Notes: generated from the letters alone by a model not told the origin. Shown: positions 45,081-56,637, counted from the stretch's first letter. The stretch: DNA of 56,886 nucleotides from an uncultured Nitrososphaerales archaeon (GCA_963709405.1 CAVPXM010000046.1:1-56886); one strand, 5' to 3'. Made by a program: numbers and translations.

Positions 45081-45140
45081 GATGTTTATATGAATAGCCA
45101 GATGTGTATAGTAACTGCTCCTAATCAAGACATTGCTATA
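45081..45140 (+). pseudogene. Terminase-like remnant
   Basis: DVYMNSQMCIVTAPNQDIAI versus DTHHNAQMCIATGPNQDIAI at ~11085-11144. Confidence 0.75.
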
Positions 45141-45224
45141 ACTCAAATTTAACTAATGAAAATACGTAATGTATATCCATAAGAAGAGAATAGCCTATAT
45201 TTGAATAAATATGTGTAAGTGTTA

Positions 45225-45682
45225 ATGATAAAAGAAAGTTACCACTTTTATAAAACGACCGATTACCGAAGGAATACATAAGGTATAGAAGGAACAATAA
45301 TACAAGAATAGCAAGAATATTACATAAAAGAAGAGAATTAGAAGAATCAAATCCTAGATATCGTATAGAGAAGGCAATCGAAGATTTACATAAACTCGAA
45401 AAATATTATATAGACACAGAATATAGGAATAGTCTTATATCAGCAGATTATCTTTCTTCAGAATACTTTGAATTAGAAAATATACACAAACAAGATGAAA
45501 AAGTAAAGGAGAAATTAAATTTACCACAAAATAGCCTGATAAGATATGAAAGGGTCAGATGCTCAAAACTTTGCAAACACAATACTCCGCCACACCAATA
45601 TTTCTATGCATATATCTGGGATTCTAGTTCTAAGAAATTAAAGAAAAAATACATCGGAAAACAATTGCCGTTAGTGATGTAG
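45225..45682 (+). CDS. DUF6788-like basic protein, 5' frameshift, not in ORF track
   Basis: Open frame 45254-45682 ending YERVRCSKLCKHNTPPHQYFYAYIWDSSSKKLKKKYIGK. Confidence 0.6.
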
Positions 45683-47350
45683 TAACAGCGTTTGATAAAA
45701 TTTATGATATTGCTGACCATTGCTTTGATTCTCTTCCTTTACTACTAACCGTTGCTGACAAATAGATACAAACTATACATCAGTTTCTTCTTCTTGAGTA
45801 ATATGAAGATTGTAAAATCACATTTGAAAGACATACAGATATTCTCCTACTTAGGTAAGAAATGACATAATAACTGCTTTATCGCTGCTCGATAAACGAC
45901 CATATCTATAGATTTCTTGGGTAAAATAAGAATAAATCATCATCAAGTTATTCAACTATCTAGTGATTATTCTAGACAAAAATACTCGCTAAAGAGAAAA
46001 CTAATGCTGTCGTCATTAACACTCATACAATAGCCGGCTCAACGCTTACTTCTGGCCCAGAATCATACACGAATATCAAGAAAAGCCTATCAGAGAAAGA
46101 AATTACTAGGCTTCTCTCCAACTCCTGGCAGCGTTAGGTTCATTTTATGTACTACCTGCATCAATGTTTCCTGGGATTTCTATAACTCCAGCATGAGCTT
46201 TGTCTTATGTGAAAGTGTAGCCTCAAGTCGTCCTAAAGAACCTTAAGTGCTTACCTGCTGCTGTTCTCCCCCCTGGTAAACAGAACCTTGTTCTGGTTCT
46301 GCCTCACGGTAACGATGTTGCTGTTCAGCATTAGCATTATCTTTCTGGAACCTAGTTACCGAAGGACCCACTTATTCATCCTTATCCTATAGTTGTAATT
46401 AGCAGTTTCTACCCTTTGCATGTCGAAGACTGGTTGTTTGAATAAGGCATAGATTTCTGGTTCATACTGCTGCAGCTGCTTTAAGTTAGCAAATGCTACC
46501 CCTGGCTTTGTACCATCTTTCCATTTGAAAGTTGAAGTTACTACTGTTGCTGTTATGCTGCTTGTCCTCTATCTACACTTGTCTCAAACACTAATAGGGT
46601 GTTAACTAGTTCGTCTACAGTCATACATTCCGCTGTGCCCAATACCTGAGTTTTTCATAGACCCGACATAGCTCATACTCCTGTCGTAAAAGGTATTATT
46701 CCAGCAAGAGGTAAGCGAGTTATTAGAATGGAACTATTGAATGATACAGTACTAGGCATAATCCTAATTATCGTAGTTCCAGGAGCATTGATTTTAATCA
46801 GTGCTAGAACGAGTCCGATAAAAAATAAAGACAGAAACAAACACAATAGCACCAACAATAACAAGACTGAATAGAAAAAGGCAGGTTGGTATATCTATTC
46901 TATGGATTATGAGCGGCCGATTGCTAGTTTGGAGCCGTTCAAGTATTGTCCGTGGTATAGTAAGAAACTAAAGGCAATCTAAAACTAGACTCCACTACTA
47001 TTAGCATAGTGTAAGAGTTTGTCAAAAATTTTGTTTACATATCTGATATATTTGCTCTACTTTCAAAGAAAGAACTAATACAATTTATTTTATAATCTTC
47101 AGCTGTAGGATTCCCTTCCAACCAATGGATGTACATTTATTCCTTAGACCATTTAAGAGTTTGCATTTGTCCAATTAATTCTCTATTCCGTAGGATTACT
47201 AAGTTGATAAAGGAATATCAAAAAAGATTCTTCTGTGGTTGTTGTGTAGATCTGAACTCTGATTACCGCACAAGGACAGTTTTCAATCTTACTCTTTCTA
47301 CATTATCACACAGCATTATAGTATACCTTATTCAAGAAGCATGGTTCACT

Positions 47351-47734
47351 CTAAAGACTCAGCCTAGATGCAGAGGCGCCACAATTTAATTCTGACCATC
47401 TCCTTCCTGCCTCTGTGAGGTATACTCTTCTTGTTTCGGAATTGAAAGTGATGAAGCCTTTATCTACATTGTTTGAAATTATTTGATTAAGTATTACCGG
47501 CACGACAAGTTGGTCGTACGCATTGTAGTTCAAGACATGCCAAATATCAAACGGATTCATACCATTGGTTTTAACCTCAATGCTATTATTGTCTTCGTTA
47601 TAAAGACGACATAAAAAATTTTTAGTCATATCGGCTTCAACATATGGATTATCAATTATGTTACTCATATTTTCGTATATGATTAGGATATATTTAGTCT
47701 TGACTTGGAGCATAAGTCGTTGTTGACATTTCAT
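47351..47734 (-). CDS. Small winged-helix-like hypothetical protein
   Basis: NVDKGFI...RVYLTEAGRRW; inserted within the decayed module. Confidence 0.5.
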   Translation of the reverse strand: MKCQQRLMLQVKTKYILIIYENMSNIIDNPYVEADMTKNFLCRLYNEDNNSIEVKTNGMNPFDIWHVLNYNAYDQLVVPVILNQIISNNVDKGFITFNSETRRVYLTEAGRRWSELNCGASASRLSL

Positions 47735-47925
47735 ACAAAGAGTTCATAAACCGAGCGCAAAATCACTTGCGATATTGCTAATAATATTTGAATAGCAAAC
47801 GGGAGGATAAATATACTGTTAAGTCCAAGACGTATCTTTCGATACAATATTCATATTAATGATCATTTATAGAAAGGATATCTTGAATATTGTAATGCTT
47901 AGGAGCAGTTATCGCAAGAATGAAC

Positions 47926-48010
47926 TGCATCGCAAGAGTGGATGGATCACATTTATCCTTGGCGTATCGAATACGAATATACTTTAGTCGTAATTATGTT
48001 ATGCGGTGGC
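47926..48010 (+). ncRNA. Candidate structured ncRNA, copy A
   Basis: 23-nt and 30-nt blocks identical to copy B; stems conserved, loops variable. Confidence 0.4.
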
Positions 48011-48974
48011 ATGTTGCTTTGGCTATAGTTGTTGCATCTAGTAAAATAAACATCTTTTATTCGAATATATATATCAATTCTTCTTTGCATGGGTTAAGAA
48101 GAATTCTATAAGAATGTTTAATCTGTCATCGCTGATTGAATATGAACTGGTTGAAAAACAGGGAGAACAAAACGAACAGATAATACCTATAATTGCAACG
48201 CTATAGGAGTCTGTTCCCCAATCAACATTGCACTGAATGAAAAAGCTTATCTATTTACTTAGTATGGATAAAAGATCCAGGTTATTTTCTTTAACGCGAT
48301 GTATTAGTATGGCCAAACCTTTCCTTCGTCGGTAAGAACAAGGTTTTATAGGCGCAGGTTAATCCTTATGCTCTTGGATTGTATTACTTGTGGCACTTAA
48401 CTTTATCAAGGACTTTTCGTATACGTTTCCTAATTATTCCTTTGCCTTTTATTTGATTGCAAACAGGCAACTATAGACATTCTAGCATTCAGAAAGCAAA
48501 TTGTTGCACTAATGGATATATACCAATGAAGGAGGCAGTCAACTAGTCTAAAGTGTGGATTTAGCCAATTTATCTAGTACTGTTATTTGTCATCCTATTT
48601 GCTTCAACTTTCACATATAATCAAGATATCTCCTAGAAATGCTACTATACAGGTAATAATGCATCAGATGGTGATATTTAGCTTTGTTGCATTTTGCTAT
48701 CAGATCTATACATACAAAACGGTATATCATTATATCGGTAATTGTGTATTTTCATATTTTAATAGCGGTTAATCAATCACGTATGCTTATGTATTGTCTA
48801 AATATTTGAACTCATACAAATGATGATGTAATTTTTCACTGATAATTCGATGTCACATATGAATTAACAATTCATTTTATTATTCAATGCTGTGTGGAAT
48901 ATTAAGAAGCTACAAGTGAAGCCAGTACCATTATAGGGAAGTACTATGTATATATAGGTTCTATAAAATAAGAA

Positions 48975-49822
48975 ATGTTAAGTATAGCAGTATCCTCCGA
49001 TCTTGTAAAGGATCTTGCGCCTGCACGACTGGTGTCTTCTAAAAAAGGTGATAATGGGACAGTTCTTGTTGTAGGAGGAAACAGAATTTACCATGGCGCG
49101 CCAATTCTTGCATCACTATCTGCATTGAGATCAGGTGCAGACTTGGTATATACCGCCGTGCCTAGATCTAATATAGTAACAATTAGGTCGCAATCGCCAA
49201 ATATTATTGCTTTACCATTATCTACTGACGAATTAACCGTAGGCTCGGCAAATCGGCTATTATCTAATCTTCCAGAAAGACCTGACGCAGCTGCCATAGG
49301 AATGGGTATGACCATTGCTAAACCAAGGGCGTTAGCGGTATTAATAAGAGGTTTACAATCTATTGGTACAAAGCTTTTATTGGATGCTTCGGCTCTGGTA
49401 CCTGAGGTTTTGGAAGTAATATCTGGTACAAATACGATTATTACTCCACATCCTGGAGAGTATAAACGAATTTTTGAAGAAAAAGTAGGGATAAATCAAA
49501 ACGAACAAATTTCAAATATTTGTCGATTATCAAACAAATATGGTATCACTATAGTCCTTAAAGGATTTACAAACTTTATTTCGTCATTCTTTAATAACGA
49601 AGTACTCCTGCGATGACAGTTGGAGGTTGTGGAGATGTATTGTCAGGTTTGATCGCAGGTTTACTAACAAAGCTTAGTCCTTTTTATGCCTCTGTATTAG
49701 GCATTTATTTTAATGGATTATGCGCTAGTATGGTGTATGATCAGGTTGGCCTTCACATGGTAGCAACTGATTTATTGGAAAAATTACCTGACGTCATGAA
49801 AAGATTTGACAAGATTAATTGA
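48975..49822 (+). CDS. nnrD: ADP/ATP-dependent NAD(P)H-hydrate dehydratase, disrupted near 49610
   Basis: KGDNGTVLVVGG..YHGAP, LDA, ITPHPGE, VLKG, MTVGGCGDVLSG. Confidence 0.92.
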
Positions 49823-50532
49823 TAACATACGGTTAACTTTTCATATATATCTTCTATATCACCATTGTTGTTTTGTCATTATTCTGACGATGTTTATAAT
49901 TGTCTAGCAATCGAGTTAAATCAACAAAAACTTTATGTTATATTCTCAGTTGCTATATCTGCAATCCCCATGATTAAAACAAGGATATTTTAACTAATCA
50001 TACATCAAAAATATGATGTTTGCCTAATATGACATAGATTGAAAGACTGAAAATATTAGGATTGTTTTATAAAAAGATAATCTCTAAAGAATGCAAACTG
50101 ATACATTGTCTCAACTATACTTGTTAGTCATACTTTTAATCTTTACAAAAAGTTTGCGAATGTTGTGATGCTCAATTGATTACTGCATTTCAGTCTCCTT
50201 TATTAAGTTCGATTTCATTTTCGTCTGCGAGATGCTCAACTTCAGCGTTCTCATGAGTCTCTGCTTCTCCTTTTTCAGTTTGTATTGGCACGTTATCCTT
50301 CTCATTATACTTGACAACACGTTCGGCCTTTTCCATACCCTCTTCCTCTAAATACGATTGTTTTCATTATCATTCAATTCTTTTCATTGATGTATGGTAA
50401 TTATCATAGAAAACAATTTAAGGTCTGTGCACATCAGAAGATACGCTAGTAATTAAACTTTCCTTTAGCACTGACATATGCTCTAACGATGAATATATCT
50501 GTCCCTTATGCATAAAATTGATTTAGATAATT

Positions 50533-51700
50533 GAGGCTTGGACATAATTGAATTCTATATTTTTCATATATTATTTGGTAACATATTAACTACATAACAT
50601 GTGTTTGATTGATTTTGGTCGTTGACTACGTCTGGTTTTATAATTGTAGTAGACAAGGATCTGATATAGTAGTACCGACAGAAGTGCTATTCCAGCAGCC
50701 TTATGGTAGCCTCTTACTGGTAATGGGTCTATTCTAAAAACAGATTTAATATGTTCTATTAGTGGTTCTATCGATTTACTTCTCCAAGAGTAAATAGCCT
50801 GTCCTAACTCAGATTCATAGAATTGTATCAGCTCAAGTCTGTCAGTAGGGGTATGTTCATATCTTTGTACTGGACATACCAGTTCAAATCCTCTTTTAGT
50901 ACTCAAGCCATATAGTTTATGGTCGTCATACCCAGAATCGCCTATCATGAAACATGTTTCTGGAGACAGAGATGATGATGATATCATCGGATTGTACATT
51001 TGATTATCTTGTACATTAGCAGTTGTAAAATCTGCTGCTAATGGGACTATGACGGAACCAGTACTTGATATCATATGTAGTTTGTAACCAAATATCCATC
51101 CTTTAGTATGGCTGAATCCCCATCTTGCGTCAGTATCTATGCCAGAACATGGTACTATACCTTTGTTCATAGATGATTTGTGCCAAACATGTCCTTTGGC
51201 TTTCAGTAAAGTACTATCTATTGCAACAATGTATGGATCTATCATCTTTTCGCATACAAACATGCAGGTCATGATAGTAATCCTTTTTTTGATGTCTGTG
51301 GATATGGTCTTAAGTCGTCTGTCAAATGTTCGCCTGTCTGGTATTTGGGTAAGACCACATCTTTTCATTATCTTCTTATTGTAAGGATAATCCAATTCTA
51401 GGAATTCATGTAATGCATTGTTAGAATCCAGTCTAAACCATAGCCTAACTATGAAACATCTCAGAATTACAGTGGGAGAATAAACATATGGTCTGCCCCT
51501 TCTTCCCTTTTGCGATTCTGACCACGGTATCGAACCTATCAAGTACAGAATACTAAAAAGAATAGATTCACATTTACTACCATATGCTATCCTTTGGGAA
51601 TGTTTGATTATGTTTCATCACAAATTCAGACACTCAAAGGATAGCTTTATCCTAATTCATTATAGACATAAAATATGGATCTGGAATATGCCCAAGCCTC
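50533..51700 (-). mobile_element. DDE insertion sequence (IS982/IS4-superfamily-like) with 8-bp target duplication
   Basis: IR GAGGCTTGGACATA / TATGCCCAAGCCTC; AGATAATT at 50525-50532 and 51701-51708. Confidence 0.93.
50586..51542 (-). CDS. DDE_Tnp_1-type transposase
   Basis: VAIDST, DTDARWG, FGYKLH, IGDSGYD, RSKSIEPL. Confidence 0.92.
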   Translation of the reverse strand: MIGSIPWSESQKGRRGRPYVYSPTVILRCFIVRLWFRLDSNNALHEFLELDYPYNKKIMKRCGLTQIPDRRTFDRRLKTISTDIKKRITIMTCMFVCEKMIDPYIVAIDSTLLKAKGHVWHKSSMNKGIVPCSGIDTDARWGFSHTKGWIFGYKLHMISSTGSVIVPLAADFTTANVQDNQMYNPMISSSSLSPETCFMIGDSGYDDHKLYGLSTKRGFELVCPVQRYEHTPTDRLELIQFYESELGQAIYSWRSKSIEPLIEHIKSVFRIDPLPVRGYHKAAGIALLSVLLYQILVYYNYKTRRSQRPKSIKHMLCS

Positions 51701-52526
51701 AGATAATTATAATTTCATTTCGATATTGATGTGTGTACTTTTGAGCCATTATAGGATTAGTTGCTATAGAATTAGAAACGATTATCACTATGTTGGCTTC
51801 CAATAGATAATTATGGAGAACTTTTTGAACGTAGGATTAAGCAAGTCAAACAATGCATCAATATATCCTTCTTCCAGAGTTGTACGGTTTGTACAAATTT
51901 ATTTGAACTTGATAACCGTCTAAATTATTTGAAATCAAAATTCATTATACGAATATTGTTTGGTTTATTAGATCTCAATATAAATATTGACCATCATAAT
52001 CAAACTTTAAGTTAGTATAAGCCGTTCGACTATGACTAGGATCTATGGAATCTATTATTGAGTTTCTACATCATTCAAGGAAAGGTTTACAGAATGAATT
52101 TCATTTTCGCAGTCAGTGCACATTAATCTCTTAAATAGGACACCACTGGACTTCGTCGGAACTGCTACAGGCATTACATTTTCTTATATTATTTTCCGAG
52201 AATTTCCATAAATTTATCTCTGAACATTTTGGCTAACATAGTATAAAACTAAAATATGGTTTGAATGCAACTTAAGCTATCTAATATATATTCAGCACTA
52301 AGCTGAATATTTGAGAGCGAGAAGAAATAATTGAACTGCTAGTGTTATAAATCCTGATAAGAAAATTGCAGACTGGTCATTTTGAAGCTGAAGCAGAATA
52401 TGTATGGACGGCGTGTTTGTGATAATCATGATTACTTAAAACAACGTTAAATAAAGAAGAACTTTAGATAACATAGATAAACCTATTATTTAATGCGTTA
52501 AGAACTTTGCACAGAGGAAACACAAA

Positions 52527-52682
52527 ATGAAGGAGTTTGTAGGAACTTGTAGAAAATGTAAGCGGGATTTCAGTTGGTTTGGCTACGAAGGTTGGAAAGC
52601 TCCACCAATTTGTAACAGTTGCTCTGATATTATTCTTGGGAGAATAAGAGAGTTTTTCAAAGATGAAGTTCGAAATGCTTAA
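52527..52682 (+). CDS. Zinc-finger microprotein (51 aa), not in ORF track
   Basis: MKEFVGTCRKCKRDF...PPICNSCSD. Confidence 0.6.
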   Translation: MKEFVGTCRKCKRDFSWFGYEGWKAPPICNSCSDIILGRIREFFKDEVRNA

Positions 52683-53030
52683 TACGAAAATGTATTATCG
52701 TTTTTGTACTCAGGTTCAGTAAATGTGTCAACTTTCTATATTTGGCATGGACTTAAGTTAGCAGGTTTGCTTTAAGGTGGTATTCTAGATCTGTCTCAGG
52801 CTACTAATTGCATATACAATTCATGAATTATTAGTATCAATGGACCGGGCTGCCGACGCCTCGAAAAAAACTAAACTTAAAGTTAGTTAATACCAATCTT
52901 AGGATAGAAATTATTCTGAATTTTCACATATCTCTTTAGAGAGCATTTTTTAAAAGGCAAGATTTAGTCCAATTTATTTTATAATCTTCAGCTGTAGAAT
53001 TGTCAGCGAACCAAGATGTCTTTTCCTTGA

Positions 53031-53360
53031 CTACCTAAGAGGTGGCCGTCTTCCGAATCTAATTGTTATTCCTGGCTTACCAACTTGGTAGTCTATTTGA
53101 GAAGCTTCTTCTATGGTCATTGGTAGTTCTGATAGCTGATTACCGCACAGAGGACAATTTTCAATCTTACCTTTTACATTAAAACAGCAGCATGACCAAC
53201 TACAATAGTCGCATAATTCCAATAAGTTGTCAGGAAAGCTTTCTCCGCTGATTCTTCTTTGTCTCTCATTAATATCTTCATATGGTATTACCAAACTCTC
53301 GGGCGACTCTTCTTCAGTTACGTCATACGATACATCATTAGGACTCATCATTCCGCTCAA
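53031..53360 (-). CDS. Zinc-ribbon protein
   Basis: LCDYCSWSC...CPLC...LSELPM...GITIRF. Confidence 0.7.
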   Translation of the reverse strand: MSGMMSPNDVSYDVTEEESPESLVIPYEDINERQRRISGESFPDNLLELCDYCSWSCCCFNVKGKIENCPLCGNQLSELPMTIEEASQIDYQVGKPGITIRFGRRPPLR

Positions 53361-53656
53361 TTTATATTATTACAATGGAGCATATAATTATTACAATATT
53401 CGATTTGTTTCAACTTGATAAAAGTATTAGTAATAATAGGTCAATTTTTTATGAGTAGTTGAATGCGAGCAGACTTAAAAGTAATCGTATTTATACATTA
53501 TACCATATATTCATTATGCTACATATGCGTTAAACTCGCTAGAAGATTTTGAATTAAGTCCCAAGATGTATCTTTCGATACGATTTTTATATTCTGATCA
53601 TTTATAAAAGATACTTGAATAGTGTAATGCTTGTAGATTTGTCCCAAAAATGGAAT

Positions 53657-53742
53657 TGCATCGCAAGAGTGGATGGATCTAAATTTATCCTTGGCGTATC
53701 GAATACGAATATGCTTTGTCGTAATGATGTTATGCGTTGCCA
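53657..53742 (+). ncRNA. Candidate structured ncRNA, copy B
   Basis: Upstream TTTATAAA (~53601), three stems, downstream T-rich tract. Confidence 0.45.
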
Positions 53743-53865
53743 TTTCTTTGCTTTTGATTTGCTTTTAGGAAAAAACATCTTTTATTGGAAAATATATATC
53801 AATTTTCTTGATAGTTCTCAGATGAATTCCCTAAGAATGATTAATATGGCATCGCTGCTGGGAAT

Positions 53866-54201
53866 ATGAACCTGGGTGAGAAAATGAATTCTAACAATAA
53901 CGAATCAACTAATGGCTCCATAATTGCTAATGCTGCTACAAGCTATTCACAACAAATTGAACTGAATCAAAAAGTAAATTTAAAGAAAAAAGAAACCATA
54001 TTCATTTTGTGTGACTCATGTATTTGGTGCGCCACCTTTTTTGGAAAGTACATGCTACCTGCAGAAAATAGATGCCCTTATTGTTTACAGACTGAACTTT
54101 CAAGTTTTCCTATATTGCCTAATGAATCCTTTACTTTTAATTATAATGTAAAACGAGGCATAGAATTGAAATTCCACACTAGAAAGAAGTTGTTTAGCTA
54201 A
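53866..54201 (+). CDS. Zinc-ribbon protein, paralog of 53031-53360
   Basis: LCDSCIWCA...CPYC...LSSFPI...RGIELKF. Confidence 0.75.
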   Translation: MNLGEKMNSNNNESTNGSIIANAATSYSQQIELNQKVNLKKKETIFILCDSCIWCATFFGKYMLPAENRCPYCLQTELSSFPILPNESFTFNYNVKRGIELKFHTRKKLFS

Positions 54202-54610
54202 TTATTTATGAAAATTGACACAAATCTAACGTTAGGTTATAAAATGTTTTCTGACGTACGTTATCTTTCAATGGTTTCTTACTAAACAACCGCAATCTGT
54301 TCCTAAATTTTTAGCCCCAATATCCGAGTTACCAATTAACATATTGTTAGGCCCATAATCCTTATTCAAAACGATGCTATCATTTTGGTAGTAGTAGCAA
54401 GTCTTTGTAATGTTCTTATAATTATATTTGTAGTTCCATCAATATTTTCCGTTCTAGTAACCTTACTTTTCCAATCCTAGAACTGAATTTAATCATGGTA
54501 AGTTATTTATGTTTACGAGGGCAACGGCGTAACCAATCTGTTTTGGCATGAGTCTTCCGAAGCATAACAAAGAAATATTGTTGTTAATCTACAACTACCT
54601 TAACTGTAAT

Positions 54611-54709
54611 TATTATAAGTTGAGGCTGTGGTTGGGCTAGCATGAAGATTTCTTGATGATTGTCTTTGAAGATATTATAAGTTGAGGCTGTGGTTGGGCT
54701 AGCATGAAG
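54611..54709. repeat. Two perfect 37-bp direct repeats separated by 25 bp
   Basis: TATTATAAGTTGAGGCTGTGGTTGGGCTAGCATGAAG at 54611 and 54673. Confidence 0.95.
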
Positions 54710-55014
54710 CCTCAATAGATACTATCTCATTCATTGCCTCATTAAGCAAACTTGTCAAGGAAACAGGTAAAAATGGTCTTTCAGTATTTGAAGATGTGGG
54801 TCAATTCTTTTATTACCACAAGCTAAATCATCCATTAAGATATGAAGCCTTGCTATCCTCTTCATACAAACCTTGGGTTAAAGCTAAAGCATTTTGTCTT
54901 TACAACAAACATGACTATAACGCACTCCTGATAAAACAAAAGAAAAAGTTACTAAAACATCATGTTAAAGAGTTAAATATAATTGTTGGATGACGGCTTG
55001 TTTTACTCGACTAA

Positions 55015-55918
55015 GAGCCTATCCCAAAATTATCCTCCTGTAGATAACAATGCAACAGCCGAAACATACTAACGCAAAATAGTTTAAGTTCTATTCATAT
55101 CTAAACAAAAGTTTTCTGAACCTGTTATGCCAGGAGTTAGTTCTTTCTGCAATCCATCTTCTTCTCGTAGTATGATGAATACTACCCTTTGTTATTGATT
55201 GTTCTCCTCTATGTCGAATATGTGGTAGGTATCCTTTCTTGATAACACCATTCTCAATCTCTAGAAAGTCATATCCTTTATCAAGATAAAGATTCTGTTT
55301 CTCGTTATACTTCTTAGAAGACGGTCTTTTAACTACGATATTATCCAGTGTGTTTATAGCAACCTTCATATCATGCGTATTAGCCATAGTTATAACAGCA
55401 CATAATGGAATACCTTGTCCATCAGTTAATACATGATGACGTTTTGTTCCTAACTATCTTACCTCTATCTGTAGAATAGCGCCAACCAGTCATTTCCACC
55501 TAAAGGTGCCTTTATAGATATAATACTATCAAGTGATTGCCATTTCCAACGAATACCTACTATACCATCATACACTTTTAGCAGTCTAATCCATAGTCTT
55601 TGAAATACCTTAGATGTAGACCACTGTTGGAATCGTCTATGATATGTCGAACCAGACCCATACTCATTCGGCAATATCTTCCGTTTCATTGACATCCAGT
55701 TCTTAAGACATATAGAATGCCATCCAGTACCTTCCTAAATGATATTGCCGGACGTCCTATGGTATTCGCTGGTTTTTCTGAGGGAAGTATCAATCTTATT
55801 TCATCCCATAACTTGTCAGGGATTCTCTTGACAGTTGGAACGTACTTGATTTTGTCGTAAGCCACACTTTGAACAGACACTCTCTAGCTATATGTCTATC
55901 TATTTTTGGGACGAGTTC
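55015..55918 (-). mobile_element. IS5-family (IS427/IS1031-like) element, fragmented transposase
   Basis: LDGILYVLRTGCQ, YGSGSTYHRRFQQW, LYLDKGYD, RWIAERTNSW; imperfect IR with TCCCAAAA core; TAA on both flanks. Confidence 0.9.
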
Positions 55919-56106
55919 TAAGACAATGTAAAGTGATACAAAGTTTCAGGCATTCACCTGAATTGATACGTACATAGTTGTTGTATCATTCGTAGACCGT
56001 TAAAGCGTTACCAAAAATCAAAATAATTCTGAGATTTGTGATACATCACATCTACGATTCAAGTTTATATCATATACGCTATAAAGTACAACGATCTTAA
56101 TTAATC

Positions 56107-56637
56107 TTATTTTAAAGATAGCATGTCTTTATATTCAATGTCATTCTCAAGAGACACCATTTGTTCTTCCTTATCTGTTTTTAGTACAGTCATTAACTCT
56201 GATTCAAGAATATGAGGTATTTTACAGATCTTATTTTCAACTATATCTCTCATCTGATTTAAATTCTTAGCACGAATTTTTAATAATAAATCAAATTTAC
56301 CATGCATTTCATGCATTTCTAAAACTTCCTCAATTCTTAATAGATCGGATATGATCTGATTTGCCGAACCGGGCGAAATATTTATTCCCATAAATGCCAG
56401 GTGATCATATCCTAGAAGGTCATTATCTACAGATATTGTAAATTTGTTGATTATACCTGCTGCGATCATTCTTCTAACTCTAATATGCACAGTTGCATCT
56501 GAAACACCTATTCGTTTTGCTATATCAACGAATGGTGTTGAAGAGTCTTTATTTAAAATATCGATAATTTTGAGATTAATGTCATCAATTTGCAAAGAAT
56601 TCCTAACATCATCGTCTATCCTAGCGTAGTTATGCAT
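56107..56637 (-). CDS. Lrp/AsnC family transcriptional regulator
   Basis: IDDINLKII...IAKRIGVSDATVHIRVRRM, HGKFDLLLKI. Confidence 0.95.
   Translation of the reverse strand: MHNYARIDDDVRNSLQIDDINLKIIDILNKDSSTPFVDIAKRIGVSDATVHIRVRRMIAAGIINKFTISVDNDLLGYDHLAFMGINISPGSANQIISDLLRIEEVLEMHEMHGKFDLLLKIRAKNLNQMRDIVENKICKIPHILESELMTVLKTDKEEQMVSLENDIEYKDMLSLK

Larger units (their letters stand above)
47081..48245. repeat. Decayed copy of the 52970-53980 module
   Basis: CAATTTATTTT(T)ATAATCTTCAGCTGTAG, GATTACCGCACA..GGACA.TTTTCAATCTTAC and ~330 bp of intergenic sequence shared. Confidence 0.85.

Noticed and set aside
45990-46900. Decayed minus-strand coding sequence
   Set aside because: Protein-like fragments, but too disrupted to assign a family or boundaries.
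47920-48111. Small ORF NCIARVDGS shared with 53615-53869
   Set aside because: The copies differ by frame-shifting indels and have different starts; conservation is at nucleotide level.
53657-53742. tRNA (copy B ends in CCA)
   Set aside because: No T-loop or D-loop consensus, and copy A lacks the CCA.
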